Shown: piece by piece, positions 39,031-54,000 of the stretch
Numbering within the stretch: the stretch's first letter is position 1
Layout of the letters: each line of letters begins with the position of its first letter
Source: Auanema rhodensis
Lineage: Eukaryota > Animalia > Nematoda
DNA length: 64,000 nucleotides
Assembly: GCA_964057225.1 (NCBI GenBank)
Contig: OZ059897.1
Location: forward strand, 21,266,001-21,330,000
Reading direction: 5' to 3'
The notes under the pieces: generated by a model
The model's input: the letters and a program-made list of their open reading frames with translations, nothing else
Database searches by the model: none
Told to the model about the DNA's origin: nothing
Made by a program: the position numbers and the translations under genes

Positions 39031-42000
39031 AACCATGACTTTGAAATTTACGTGAACTTTAATTTATGCTAATTAAATGTACACGTGATGTGCACTTGGT
39101 ATGTAACTCGCTTCACGTGAAAGATAAAGAGATGCGGTTTTCAAAATTAGATTCCCCATGTCCATATTAGTCTAAAAACAAATTTTTATTGATATTGGTT
39201 CATGGTAACCATGACTTTGAAATTTACGTGAACTTTAATTTATGCTAATTAAATGTACACGTGATGTGCACTTGGTATGTAACTCGCTTCACGTGAAAGA
39301 TAAAGAGATGCGGTTTTCAAAATTAGATTCCCCATGTCCATATTAGTCTAAAAACAAAAAATTTTATTGATATTGGTTCATGGTAACCATGACTTTGAAA
39401 TTTACGTGAACTTTAATTTATACTAATTAAATGTACACGTGATGTGCACTTGGTATGTAACTCGCTTCACGTGAAAGATAAAGAGATGCGGTTTTCAAAA
39501 TTAGATTCCCCATGTCCATATTAGTCTAAAAACAAATTTTTATTGATATTGGTTCATGGTAACCATGACTTTGAAATTTACGTGAACTTTATTTTATGCT
39601 AATTAAATGTACACGTGATGTGCACTTGGTATGTAACTCGCTTCACGTGAAAGATAAAGAGATGCGGTTTTCAAAATTAGATTCCCCATGTCCATATTAG
39701 TCTAAAAACAAATTTTTATTGATATTGGTGCATGGTAACCATGACTTTGAAATTTACGTGAACTTTAATTTATGCTAATTAAATGTACACGTGATGTGCA
39801 CTTGGTATGTAACTCGCTTCACGTAAAAGATGAAGAGATGCGGTTTTCAAAATTAGATTCCTCATGTCCATATTAGTCTAAAAACAAATTTTTATTGATA
39901 TTGGTGCATGGTAACCATGACTTTGAAATTTACGTGAACTTTAATTTATGCTAATTAAATGTACACGTGATGTGCACTTGGTATGTAACTCGCTCCACGT
40001 GAAAGATAAAGAGATGCGGTTTTCAAAATTAGATTCCCCATATCCATATTAGTCTAAAAACAAATTTTTATTGATATTGGTGCATGGTAACCATGACTTT
40101 GAAATTTACGTGAACTTTAATTTATGCTAATTAAATGTACACGTGATGTGCACTTGGTATGTAACTCGCTTCACGTAAAAGATAAAGAGATGCGGTTTTC
40201 AAAATTAGATTCCCCATGTCCATATTAGTCTAAAAACAAATTTTTATTGATATTGGTTTATGGTAACCATGACTTTGAAATTTACGTGAACTTTAATTTA
40301 TGCTAATTAAATGTACACGTGATGTGCACTTGGTATGTAACTCGCTTCACGTGAAAGATAAAGAGATGCGGTTTTCAAAATTAGATTCCCCATGTCCATA
40401 TTAGTCTAAAAACAAATTTTTATTGATATTGGTGCATGGTAACCATGACTTTGAAATTTACGTGAACTTTAATTTATGCTAATTAAATGTACACGTGATG
40501 TGCACTTGGTATGTAACTCGCTTCACGTAAAAGATAAAGAGATGCGGTTTTCAAAATTAGATTCCCCATGTCCATATTAGTCTAAAAACAAATTTTTATT
40601 GATATTGGTTCATGGTAACCATGACTTTGAAATTTACGTGAACTTTATTTTATGCTAATTAAATGTACACGTGATGTGCACTTGGTATGTAACTCGCTTC
40701 ACGTGAAAGATAAAGAGATGCGGTTTTCAAAATTAGATTCCCCATGTCCATATTAGTCTAAAAACAAATTTTTATTGATATTGGTGCATGGTAACCATGA
40801 CTTTGAAATTTACGTGAACTTTAATTTATGCTAATTAAATGTACACGTGATGTGCACTTGGTATGTAACTCGCTTCACGTAAAAGATGAAGAGATGCGGT
40901 TTTCAAAATTAGATTCCTCATGTCCATATTAGTCTAAAAACAAATTTTTATTGATATTGGTGCATGGTAACCATGGACTTTGAAATTTACGTGAACTTTA
41001 ATTTATGCTAATTAAATGTACACGTGATGTGCACTTGGTATGTAACTCGCTTCACGTGAAAGATCAAGAGATGCGGTTTTCAAAATTAGATTCCCCATGT
41101 CCATATTAGTCTAAAAACAAATTTTTATTGATATTGGTTCATGGTAACCATGACTTTGAAATTTACGTGAACTTTAATTTATGCTAATTAAATGTACACG
41201 TGATGTGCACTTGGTATGTAACTCGCTTCACGTGAAAGATCAAGAGATGCGGTTTTCAAAATTAGATTCCCCATGTCCATATTAGTCTAAAAACAAATTT
41301 TTATTGATATTGGTGCATGGTAACCATAACTTTGAAATTTACGTGAACTTTAATTTATGCTCATTAAATGTACACGTGATGTGCACTTGGTATGTAACTC
41401 GGTCCACGTGAAAGATAAAGAGATGCGGTTTTCAAAATTAGATTCCCCATATCCATATTAGTCTAAAAACAAATTTTTATTGATATTGGTGCATGGTAAC
41501 CATGACTTTGAAATTTACGTGAACTTTAATTTATGCTAATTAAATGTACACGTGATGTGCACTTGGTATGTAACTCGCTTCACGTAAAAGATAAAGAGAT
41601 GCGGTTTTCAAAATTAGATTCCCCATGTCCATATTAGTCTAAAAACAAATTTTTATTGATATTGGTTCATGGTAACCATGACTTTGAAATTTACGTGAAC
41701 TTTAATTTATGCTAATTAAATGTACACGTGATGTGCACTTGGTATGTAACTCGCTTCACGTGAAAGATAAAGAGATGCGGTTTTCAAAATTAGATTCCCC
41801 ATGTCCATATTAGTCTAAAAACAAATTTTTATTGATATTGGTGCATGGTAACCATGACTTTGAAATTTACGTGAGCTTTAATTTATGCTAATTAAATGTA
41901 CACGTGATGTGCACTTGGTATGGAACTCGCTTCACGTGAAAGATAAAGAGATGCGGTTTTCAAAATTAGATTCCCCATGTCCATATTAGTCTAAAAACAA

Positions 42001-45000
42001 ATTTTTATTGATATTGGTTCATGGTAACCATGACTTTGAAATTTACGTGAACTTTAATTTATGCTAATTAAATGTACACGTGATGTGCACTTGGTATGTA
42101 ACTCGCTTCACGTGAAAGATAAAGAGATTCGGTTTTCAAAATTAGATTCCCCATGTCCATATTAGTCTAAAAACAAATTTTTATTGATATTGGTGCATGG
42201 TAACCATGACTTTGAAATTTACGTGAACTTTAATTTATGCTAATTAAATGTACACGTGATGTGCACTTGGTATGTAACTCGCTTCACGAGAAAGATAAAG
42301 AGATGCGGTTTTCAAAATTAGATTCCCCATGTCCATATTAGTCTAAAAACAAATTTTTATTGATATTGGTTCATGGTAACCATGACTTTGAAATTTACGT
42401 GAACTTTAATTTATGCTAATTAAATGTACACGTGATGTGCACTTGGTATGTAACTCGCTTCACGTGAAAGATAAAGAGATGCGGTTTTCAAAATTAGATT
42501 CCCCATGTCCATATTAGTCTAAAAACAAATTTTTATCGATATTGGTTCATGGTAACCATGACTTTGAAATTTACGTGAACTTTAATTTATGCTAATTAAA
42601 TGTACATGTGATGTGCACTTGGTATGTAACTCGCTTCACGTGAAAGATAAAGAGATGCGGTTTTCAAAATTAGATTCCCCATGTCCATATTAGTCTAAAA
42701 ACAAATTTTTATTGATATTGGTTCATGGTAACCATGACTTTGAAATTTACGTGAACTTTAATTTATGCTAATTAAATGTACACGTGATGTGCACTTGGTA
42801 TGTAACTCGCTTCACGTGAAAGATAAAGAGATTCGGTTTTCAAAATTAGATTCCCCATGTCCATATTAGTCTAAAAACAAATTTTTATTGATATTGGTGC
42901 ATGGTAACCATGACTTTGAAATTTACGTGAACTTTAATTTATGCTAATTAAATGTACACGTGATGTGCACTTGGTATGTAACTCGCTCCACGTGAAAGAT
43001 AAAGAGATGCGGTTTTCAAAATTAGATTCCCCATGTCCATATTAGTCTAAAAACAAATTTTTATTGATATTGGTGCATGGTAACCATGACTTTGAAATTT
43101 ACGTGAACTTTAATTTATGCTAATTAAATGTACACGTGATGTGCACTTGGTATGTAACTCGCTTCACGTAAAAGATAAAGAGATGCGGTTTTCAAAATTA
43201 GATTCCCCATGTCCATATTAGTCTAAAAACAAATTTTTATTGATATTGGTTCATGGTAACCATGACTTTGAAATTTACGTGAACTTTAATTTATGCTAAT
43301 TAAATGTACACGTGATGTGCACTTGGTATGTAACTCGCTTCACGTGAAAGATAAAGAGATGCGGTTTTCAAAATTAGATTCCCCATGTCCATATTAGTCT
43401 AAAAACAAATTTTTATTGATATTGGTGCATGGTAACCATGACTTTGAAATTTACGTGAACTTTAATTTATGCTAATTAAATGTACACGTGATGTGCACTT
43501 GGTATGGAACTCGCTTCACGTGAAAGATAAAGAGATGCGGTTTTCAAAATTAGATTCCCCATGTCCATATTAGTCTAAAAACAAATTTTTATTGATATTG
43601 GTTCATGGTAACCATGACTTTGAAATTTACGTGAACTTTAATTTATGCTAATTTAATGTACACGTGATGTGCACTTGGTATGTAACTCGCTTCACGTGAA
43701 AGATAAAGAGATTCGGTTTTCAAAATTAGATTCCCCATGTCCATATTAGTCGAAAAACAAATTTTTATTGATATTGGTGCATGGTAACCATGACTTTGAA
43801 ATTTACGTGAACTTTAATTTATGCTAATTAAATGTACACGTGATGTGCACTTGGTATGTAACTCGCTTCACGAGAAAGATAAAGAGATGCGGTTTTCAAA
43901 ATTAGATTCCCCATGTCCATATTAGTCTAAAAACAAATTTTTATTGATATTGGATCATGGTAACCATGACTTTGAAATTTACGTGAACTTTAATTTATGC
44001 TAATTAAATGTACACGTGATGTGCACTTGGTATGTAACTCGCTTCACGTAAAAGATAAAGAGATGCGGTTTTCAAAATTAGATTCCCCATGTCCATATTA
44101 GTCTAAAAACAAATTTTTATTGATATTGGTGCATGGTAACCATGACTTTGAAATTTACGTGAACTTTAATTTATGCTAAGTAAATGTACACGTGATGTGC
44201 ACTTGGTATGTAACTCGCTTCACGTGAAAGATCAAGAGATGCGGTTTTCAAAATTAGATTCCCCATGTCCATATTAGTCTAAAAACAAATTTTTATTGAT
44301 ATTGGTGCATGGTAACCATGACTTTGAAATTTACGTGAACTTTAATTTATGCTAATTAAATGTACACGTGATGTGCACTTGGTATGTAACTCGCTTCACG
44401 TAAAAGATGAAGAGATGCGGTTTTCAAAATTAGATTCCTCATGTCCATATTAGTCTAAAAACAAATTTTTATTGATATTGGTGCATGGTAACCATGACTT
44501 TGAAATTTACGTGAACTTTAATTTATGCTAATTAAATGTACACGTGATGTGCACTTGGTATGTAACTCGCTTCACGTGAAAGATCAAGAGATGCGGTTTT
44601 CAAAATTAGATTCCCCATGTCCATATTAGTCTAAAAACAAATTTTTATTGATATTGGTTCATGGTAACCATGACTTTGAAATTTACGTGAACTTTAATTT
44701 ATGCTAATTAAATGTACACGTGATGTGCACTTGGTATGTAACTCGCTTCACGTGAAAGATCAAGAGATGCGGTTTTCAAAATTAGATTCCCCATGTCCAT
44801 ATTAGTCTAAAAACAAATTTTTATTGATATTGGTTCATGGTAACCATGACTTTGAAATTTACGTGAACTTTAATTTATGCTAATTTAATGTACACGTGAT
44901 GTGCACTTGGTATGTAACTCGCTTCACGTGAAAGATAAAGAGATTCGGTTTTCAAAATTAGATTCCCCATGTCCATATTAGTCTAAAAACAAATTTTTAT

Positions 45001-48000
45001 TGATATTGGTGCATGGTAACCATAACTTTGAAATTTACGTGAACTTTAATTTATGCTAATTAAATGTACACGTGATGTGCACTTGGTATGTAACTCGCTC
45101 CACGTGAAAGATAAAGAGATGCGGTTTTCAAAATTAGATTCCCCATATCCATATTAGTCTAAAAACAAATTTTTATTGATATTGGTGCATGGTAACCATG
45201 ACTTTGAAATTTACGTGAACTTTAATTTATGCTAATTAAATGTACACGTGATGTGCACTTGGTATGTAACTCGCTTCACGTAAAAGATAAAGAGATGCGG
45301 TTTTCAAAATTAGATTCCCCATGTCCATATTAGTCTAAAAACAAATTTTTATTGATATTGGTTCATGGTAACCATGACTTTGAAATTTACGTGAACTTTA
45401 ATTTATGCTAATTAAATGTACACGTGATGTGCACTTGGTATGTAACTCGCTTCACGTGAAAGATAAAGAGATGCGGTTTTCAAAATTAGATTCCCCATGT
45501 CCATATTAGTCTAAAAACAAATTTTTATTGATATTGGTGCATGGTAACCATGACTTTGAAATTTACGTGAGCTTTAATTTATGCTAATTAAATGTACACG
45601 TGATGTGCACTTGGTATGGAACTCGCTTCACGTGAAAGATAAAGAGATGCGGTTTTCAAAATTAGATTCCCCATGTCCATATTAGTCTAAAAACAAATTT
45701 TTATTGATATTGGTTCATGGTAACCATGACTTTGAAATTTACGTGAACTTTAATTTATGCTAATTAAATGTACACGTGATGTGCACTTGGTATGTAACTC
45801 GCTTCACGTGAAAGATAAAGAGATGCGGTTTTCAAAATTAGATTCCCCATGTCCATATTAGTCTAAAAACAAATTTTTATTGATATTGGTGCATGGTAAC
45901 CATGACTTTGAAATTTACGTGAACTTTAATTTATGCTAATTAAATGTACACGTGATGTGCACTTGGTATGGAACTCGCTTCACGTGAAAGATAAAGAGAT
46001 GCGGTTTTCAAAATTAGATTCCCCATGTCCATATTAGTCTAAAAACAAATTTTTATTGATATTGGTTCATGGTAACCATGACTTTGAAATTTACGTGAAC
46101 TTTAATTTATGCTAATTTAATGTACACGTGATGTGCACTTGGTATGTAACTCGCTTCACGTGAAAGATAAAGAGATTCGGTTTTCAAAATTAGATTCCCC
46201 ATGTCCATATTAGTCGAAAAACAAATTTTTATTGATATTGGATCATGGTAACCATGACTTTGAAATTTACGTGAACTTTAATTTATGCTAATTAAATGTA
46301 CACGTGATGTGCACTTGGTATGTAACTCGCTTCACGTAAAAGATAAAGAGATGCGGTTTTCAAAATTAGATTCCCCATGTCCATATTAGTCTAAAAACAA
46401 ATTTTTATTGATATTGGTGCATGGTAACCATGACTTTGAAATTTACGTGAACTTTAATTTATGCTAATTAAATGTACACGTGATGTGCACTTGGTATGTA
46501 ACTCGCTTCACGTGAAAGATCAAGAGATGCGGTTTTCAAAATTAGATTCCCCATGTCCATATTAGTCTAAAAACAAATTTTTATTGATATTGGTGCATGG
46601 TAACCATGACTTTGAAATTTACGTGAACTTTAATTTATGCTAATTAAATGTACACGTGATGTGCACTTGGTATGTAACTCGCTTCACGTAAAAGATGAAG
46701 AGATGCGGTTTTCAAAATTAGATTCCTCATGTCCATATTAGTCTAAAAACAAATTTTTATTGATATTGGTGCATGGTAACCATGACTTTGAAATTTACGT
46801 GAACTTTAATTTATGCTAATTAAATGTACACGTGATGTGCACTTGGTATGTAACTCGCTTCACGTGAAAGATCAAGAGATGCGGTTTTCAAAATTAGATT
46901 CCCCATGTCCATATTAGTCTAAAAACAAATTTTTATTGATATTGGTTCATGGTAACCATGACTTTGAAATTTACGTGAACTTTAATTTATGCTAATTAAA
47001 TGTACACGTGATGTGCACTTGGTATGTAACTCGCTTCACGTGAAAGATCAAGAGATGCGGTTTTCAAAATTAGATTCCCCATGTCCATATTAGTCTAAAA
47101 ACAAATTTTTATTGATATTGGTGCATGGTAACCATAACTTTGAAATTTACGTGAACTTTAATTTATGCTAATTAAATGTACACGTGATGTGCACTTGGTA
47201 TGTAACTCGCTCCACGTGAAAGATAAAGAGATGCGGTTTTCAAAATTAGATTCCCCATATCCATATTAGTCTAAAAACAAATTTTTATTGATATTGGTGC
47301 ATGGTAACCATGACTTTGAAATTTACGTGAACTTTAATTTATGCTAATTAAATGTACACGTGATGTGCACTTGGTATGTAACTCGCTTCACGTAAAAGAT
47401 AAAGAGATGCGGTTTTCAAAATTAGATTCCCCATGTCCATATTAGTCTAAAAACAAATTTTTATTGATATTGGTTCATGGTAACCATGACTTTGAAATTT
47501 ACGTGAACTTTAATTTATGCTAATTAAATGTACACGTGATGTGCACTTGGTATGTAACTCGCTTCACGTGAAAGATAAAGAGATGCGGTTTTCAAAATTA
47601 GATTCCCCATGTCCATATTAGTCTAAAAACAAATTTTTATCGATATTGGTTCATGGTAACCATGACTTTGAAATTTACGTGAACTTTAATTTATGCTAAT
47701 TAAATGTACATGTGATGTGCACTTGGTATGTAACTCGCTTCACGTGAAAGATAAAGAGATGCGGTTTTCAAAATTAGATTCCCCATGTCCATATTAGTCT
47801 AAAAACAAATTTTTATTGATATTGGTGCATGGTAACCATGACTTTGAAATTTACGTGAACTTTAATTTATGCTAATTAAATGTACACGTGATGTGCACTT
47901 GGTATGTAACTCGCTTCACGTAAAAGATAAAGAGATGCGGTTTTCAAAATTAGATTCCCCATGTCCATATTAGTCTAAAAACAAATTTTTATTGATATTG

Positions 48001-51000
48001 GTTCATGGTAACCATGACTTTGAAATTTACGTGAACTTTAATTTATGCTAATTAAATGTACACGTGATGTGCACTTGGTATGTAACTCGCTTCACGTGAA
48101 AGATAAAGAGATGCGGTTTTCAAAATTAGATTCCCCATGTCCATATTAGTCTAAAAACAAATTTTTATTGATATTGGTGCATGGTAACCATGACTTTGAA
48201 ATTTACGTGAACTTTAATTTATGCTAATTAAATGTACACGTGATGTGCACTTGGTATGGAACTCGCTTCACGTGAAAGATAAAGAGATGCGGTTTTCAAA
48301 ATTAGATTCCCCATGTCCATATTAGTCTAAAAACAAATTTTTATTGATATTGGTTCATGGTAACCATGACTTTGAAATTTACGTGAACTTTAATTTATGC
48401 TAATTTAATGTACACGTGATGTGCACTTGGTATGTAACTCGCTTCACGTGAAAGATAAAGAGATTCGGTTTTCAAAATTAGATTCCCCATGTCCATATTA
48501 GTCGAAAAACAAATTTTTATTGATATTGGATCATGGTAACCATGACTTTGAAATTTACGTGAACTTTAATTTATGCTAATTAAATGTACACGTGATGTGC
48601 ACTTGGTATGTAACTCGCTTCACGTAAAAGATAAAGAGATGCGGTTTTCAAAATTAGATTCCCCATGTCCATATTAGTCTAAAAACAAATTTTTATTGAT
48701 ATTGGTGCATGGTAACCATGACTTTGAAATTTACGTGAACTTTAATTTATGCTAATTAAATGTACACGTGATGTGCACTTGGTATGTAACTCGCTTCACG
48801 TAAAAGATAAAGAGATGCGGTTTTCAAAATTAGATTCCCCATGTCCATATTAGTCTAAAAACAAATTTTTATTGATATTGGTGCATGGTAACCATGACTT
48901 TGAAATTTACGTGAACTTTAATTTATGCTAATTAAATGTACACGTGATGTGCACTTGGTATGTAACTCGCTTCACGTAAAAGATGAAGAGATGCGGTTTT
49001 CAAAATTAGATTCCTCATGTCCATATTAGTCTAAAAACAAATTTTTATTGATATTGGTGCATGGTAACCATGACTTTGAAATTTACGTGAACTTTAATTT
49101 ATGCTAATTAAATGTACACGTGATGTGCACTTGGTATGGAACTCGCTTCACGTGAAAGATAAAGAGATGCGGTTTTCAAAATTAGATTCCCCATGTCCAT
49201 ATTAGTCTAAAAACAAATTTTTATTGATATTGGTTCATGGTAACCATGACTTTGAAATTTACGTGAACTTTAATTTATGCTAATTAAATGTACACGTGAT
49301 GTGCACCTGGTATGTAACTCGCTTCACGTGCAAGATAAAGAGATTCGGTTTTCAAAATTAGATTCCCCATGTCCATATTAGTCTAAAAACAAATTTTTAT
49401 TGATATTGGTGCATGGTAACCATGACTTTGAAATTTACGTGAACTTTAATTTATGCTAATTAAATGTACACGTGATGTGCACTTGGTATGTAACTCGCTT
49501 CACGTAAAAGATGAAGAGATGCGGTTTTCAAAATTAGATTCCTCATGTCCATATTAGTCTAAAAACAAATTTTTATTGATATTGGTGCATGGTAACCATG
49601 ACTTTGAAATTTACGTGAACTTTAATTTATGCTAATTAAATGTACACGTGATGTGCACTTGGTATGTAACTCGCTTCACGTAAAAGATAAAGAGATGCGG
49701 TTTTCAAAATTAGATTCCCCATGTCCATATTAGTCTAAAAACAAATTTTTATTGATATTGGTGCATGGTAACCATGACTTTGAAATTTACGTGAACTTTA
49801 ATTTATGCTAATTAAATGTACACGTGATGTGCACTTGGTATGTAACTCGCTTCACGTAAAAGATAAAGAGATGCGGTTTTCAAAATTAGATTCCCCATGT
49901 CCATATTAGTCTAAAAACAAATTTTTATTGATATTGGTGCATGGTAACCATGACTTTGAAATTTACGTGAACTTTAATTTATGCTAATTAAATGTACACG
50001 TGATGTGCACTTGGTATGTAACTCGCTTCACGTAAAAGATGAAGAGATGCGGTTTTCAAAATTAGATTCCTCATGTCCATATTAGTCTAAAAACAAATTT
50101 TTATTGATATTGGTGCATGGTAACCATGACTTTGAAATTTACGTGAACTTTAATTTATGCTAATTAAATGTACACGTGATGTGCACTTGGTATGGAACTC
50201 GCTTCACGTGAAAGATAAAGAGATGCGGTTTTCAAAATTAGATTCCCCATGTCCATATTAGTCTAAAAACAAATTTTTATTGATATTGGTTCATGGTAAC
50301 CATGACTTTGAAATTTACGTGAACTTTAATTTATGCTAATTAAATGTACACGTGATGTGCACCTGGTATGTAACTCGCTTCACGTGCAAGATAAAGAGAT
50401 TCGGTTTTCAAAATTAGATTCCCCATGTCCATATTAGTCTAAAAACAAATTTTTATTGATATTGGTGCATGGTAACCATGACTTTGAAATTTACGTGAAC
50501 TTTAATTTATGCTAATTAAATGTACACGTGATGTGCACTTGGTATGTAACTCGCTCCACGTGAAAGATAAAGAGATGCGGTTTTCAAAATTAGATTCCCC
50601 ATGTCCATATTAGTCTAAAAACAAATTTTTATTGATATTGGTGCATGGTAACCATGACTTTGAAATTTACGTGAACTTTAATTTATGCTAATTAAATGTA
50701 CACGTGATGTGCACTTGGTATGTAACTCGCTTCACGTAAAAGATAAAGAGATGCGGTTTTCAAAATTAGATTCCCCATGTCCATATTAGTCTAAAAACAA
50801 ATTTTTATTGATATTGGTTCATGGTAACCATGACTTTGAAATTTACGTGAACTTTAATTTATGCTAATTAAATGTACACGTGATGTGCACTTGGTATGTA
50901 ACTCGCTTCACGTGAAAGATAAAGAGATGCGGTTTTCAAAATTAGATTCCCCATGTCCATATTAGTATAAAAACAAATTTTTATTGATATTGGTGCATGG

Positions 51001-54000
51001 TAACCATGACTTTGAAATTTACGTGAACTTTAATTTATGCTAATTAAATGTACACGTGATGTGCACTTGGTATGGAACTCGCTTCACGTGAAAGATAAAG
51101 AGATGCGGTTTTCAAAATTAGATTCCCCATGTCCATATTAGTCTAAAAACAAATTTTTATTGATATTGGTTCATGGTAACCATGACTTTGAAATTTACGT
51201 GAACTTTAATTTATGCTAATTTAATGTACACGTGATGTGCACTTGGTATGTAACTCGCTTCACGTGAAAGATAAAGAGATTCGGTTTTCAAAATTAGATT
51301 CCCCATGTCCATATTAGTCTAAAAACAAATTTTTATTGATATTGGTGCATGGTAACCATGACTTTGAAATTTACGTGAACTTTAATTTATGCTAATTAAA
51401 TGTACACGTGATGTGCACTTGGTATGTAACTCGCTTCACGAGAAAGATAAAGAGATGCGGTTTTCAAAATTAGATTCCCCATGTCCATATTAGTCTAAAA
51501 ACAAATTTTTATTGATATTGGTTCATGGTAACCATGACTTTGAAATTTACGTGAACTTTAATTTATGCTAATTTAATGTACACGTGATGTGCACTTGGTA
51601 TGTAACTCGCTTCACGTGAAAGATAAAGAGATGCGGTTTTCAAAATTAGATTCCCCATGTCCATATTAGTCTAAAAACAAATTTTTATCGATATTGGTTC
51701 ATGGTAACCATGACTTTGAAATTTACGTGAACTTTAATTTATGCTAATTAAATGTACACGTGATGTGCACTTGGTATGTAACTCGCTTCACGTGAAAGAT
51801 AAAGAGATTCGGTTTTCAAAATTAGATTCCCCATGTCCATATTAGTCTAAAAACAAATTTTTATTGATATTGGTGCATGGTAACCATGACTTTGAAATTT
51901 ACGTGAACTTTAATTTATGCTAATTAAATGTACACGTGATGTGCACTTGGTATGTAACTCGCTTCACGTGAAAGATAAAGAGATGCGGTTTTCAAAATTA
52001 GATTCCTCATGTCCATATTAGTCTAAAAACAAATTTTTATTGATATTGGTGCATGGTAACCATGACTTTGAAATTTACGTGAACTTTAATTTATGCTAAT
52101 TAAATGTACACGTGATGTGCACTTGGTATGGAACTCGCTTCACGTGAAAGATAAAGAGATGCGGTTTTCAAAATTAGATTCCCCATGTCCATATTAGTCT
52201 AAAAACAAATTTTTATTGATATTGGTTCATGGTAACCATGACTTTGAAATTTACGTGAACTTTAATTTATGCTAATTAAATGTACACGTGATGTGCACTT
52301 GGTATGTAACTCGCTTCACGTGCAAGATAAAGAGATTCGGTTTTCAAAATTAGATTCCCCATGTCCATATTAGTCTAAAAACAAATTTTTATTGATATTG
52401 GTGCATGGTAACCATGACTTTGAAATTTACGTGAACTTTAATTTATGCTAATTAAATGTACACGTGATGTGCACTTGGTATGTAACTCGCTCCACGTGAA
52501 AGATAAAGAGATGCGGTTTTCAAAATTAGATTCCCCATGTCCATATTAGTCTAAAAACAAATTTTTATTGATATTGGTGCATGGTAACCATGACTTTGAA
52601 ATTTACGTGAACTTTAATTTATGCTAATTAAATGTACACGTGATGTGCACTTGGTATGTAACTCGCTTCACGTAAAAGATAAAGAGATGCGGTTTTCAAA
52701 ATTAGATTCCCCATGTCCATATTAGTCTAAAAACAAATTTTTATTGATATTGGTTCATGGTAACCATGACTTTGAAATTTACGTGAACTTTAATTTATGC
52801 TAATTAAATGTACACGTGATGTGCACTTGGTATGTAACTCGCTTCACGTGAAAGATAAAGAGATGCGGTTTTCAAAATTAGATTCCCCATGTCCATATTA
52901 GTTTAAAAACAAATTTTTATTGATATTGGTGCATGGTAACCATGACTTTGAAATTTACGTGAACTTTAATTTATGCTAATTAAATGTACACGTGATGTGC
53001 ACTTGGTATGGAACTCGCTTCACGTGAAAGATAAAGAGATGCGGTTTTCAAAATTAGATTCCCCATGTCCATATTAGTCTAAAAACAAATTTTTATTGAT
53101 ATTGGTTCATGGTAACCATGACTTTGAAATTTACGTGAACTTTAATTTATGCTAATTTAATGTACACGTGATGTGCACTTGGTATGTAACTCGCTTCACG
53201 TGAAAGATAAAGAGATTCGGTTTTCAAAATTAGATTCCCCATGTCCATATTAGTCTAAAAACAAATTTTTATTGATATTGGTGCATGGTAACCATGACTT
53301 TGAAATTTACGTGAACTTTAATTTATGCTAATTAAATGTACACGTGATGTGCACTTGGTATGTAACTCGCTTCACGAGAAAGATAAAGAGATGCGGTTTT
53401 CAAAATTAGATTCCCCATGTCCATATTAGTCTAAAAACAAATTTTTATTGATATTGGTTCATGGTAACCATGACTTTGAAATTTACGTGAACTTTAATTT
53501 ATGCTAATTAAATGTACACGTGATGTGCACTTGGTATGTAACTCGCTTCACGTGAAAGATAAAGAGATGCGGTTTTCAAAATTAGATTCCCCATGTCCAT
53601 ATTAGTCTAAAAACAAATTTTTATTGATATTGGTTCATGGTAACCATGACTTTGAAATTTACGTGAACTTTAATTTATGCTAATTAAATGTACACGTGAT
53701 GTGCACTTGGTATGTAACTCGCTTCACGTGAAAGATAAAGAGATGCGGTTTTCAAAATTAGATTCCCCATGTCCATATTAGTCTAAAAACAAATTTTTAT
53801 CGATATTGGTTCATGGTAACCATGACTTTGAAATTTACGTGAACTTTAATTTATGCTAATTAAATGTACACGTGATGTGCACTTGGTATGTAACTCGCTT
53901 CACGTGAAAGATAAAGAGATTCGGTTTTCAAAATTAGATTCCCCATGTCCATATTAGTCTAAAAACAAATTTTTATCGATATTGGTTCATGGTAACCATG

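Noticed and set aside
39350-40985. Singleton 1-bp insertions (CAAAAAATTTT near 39360; CCATGGACTT near 40976)
   Set aside because: These are unique homopolymer-associated changes that cannot be distinguished from sequencing error.
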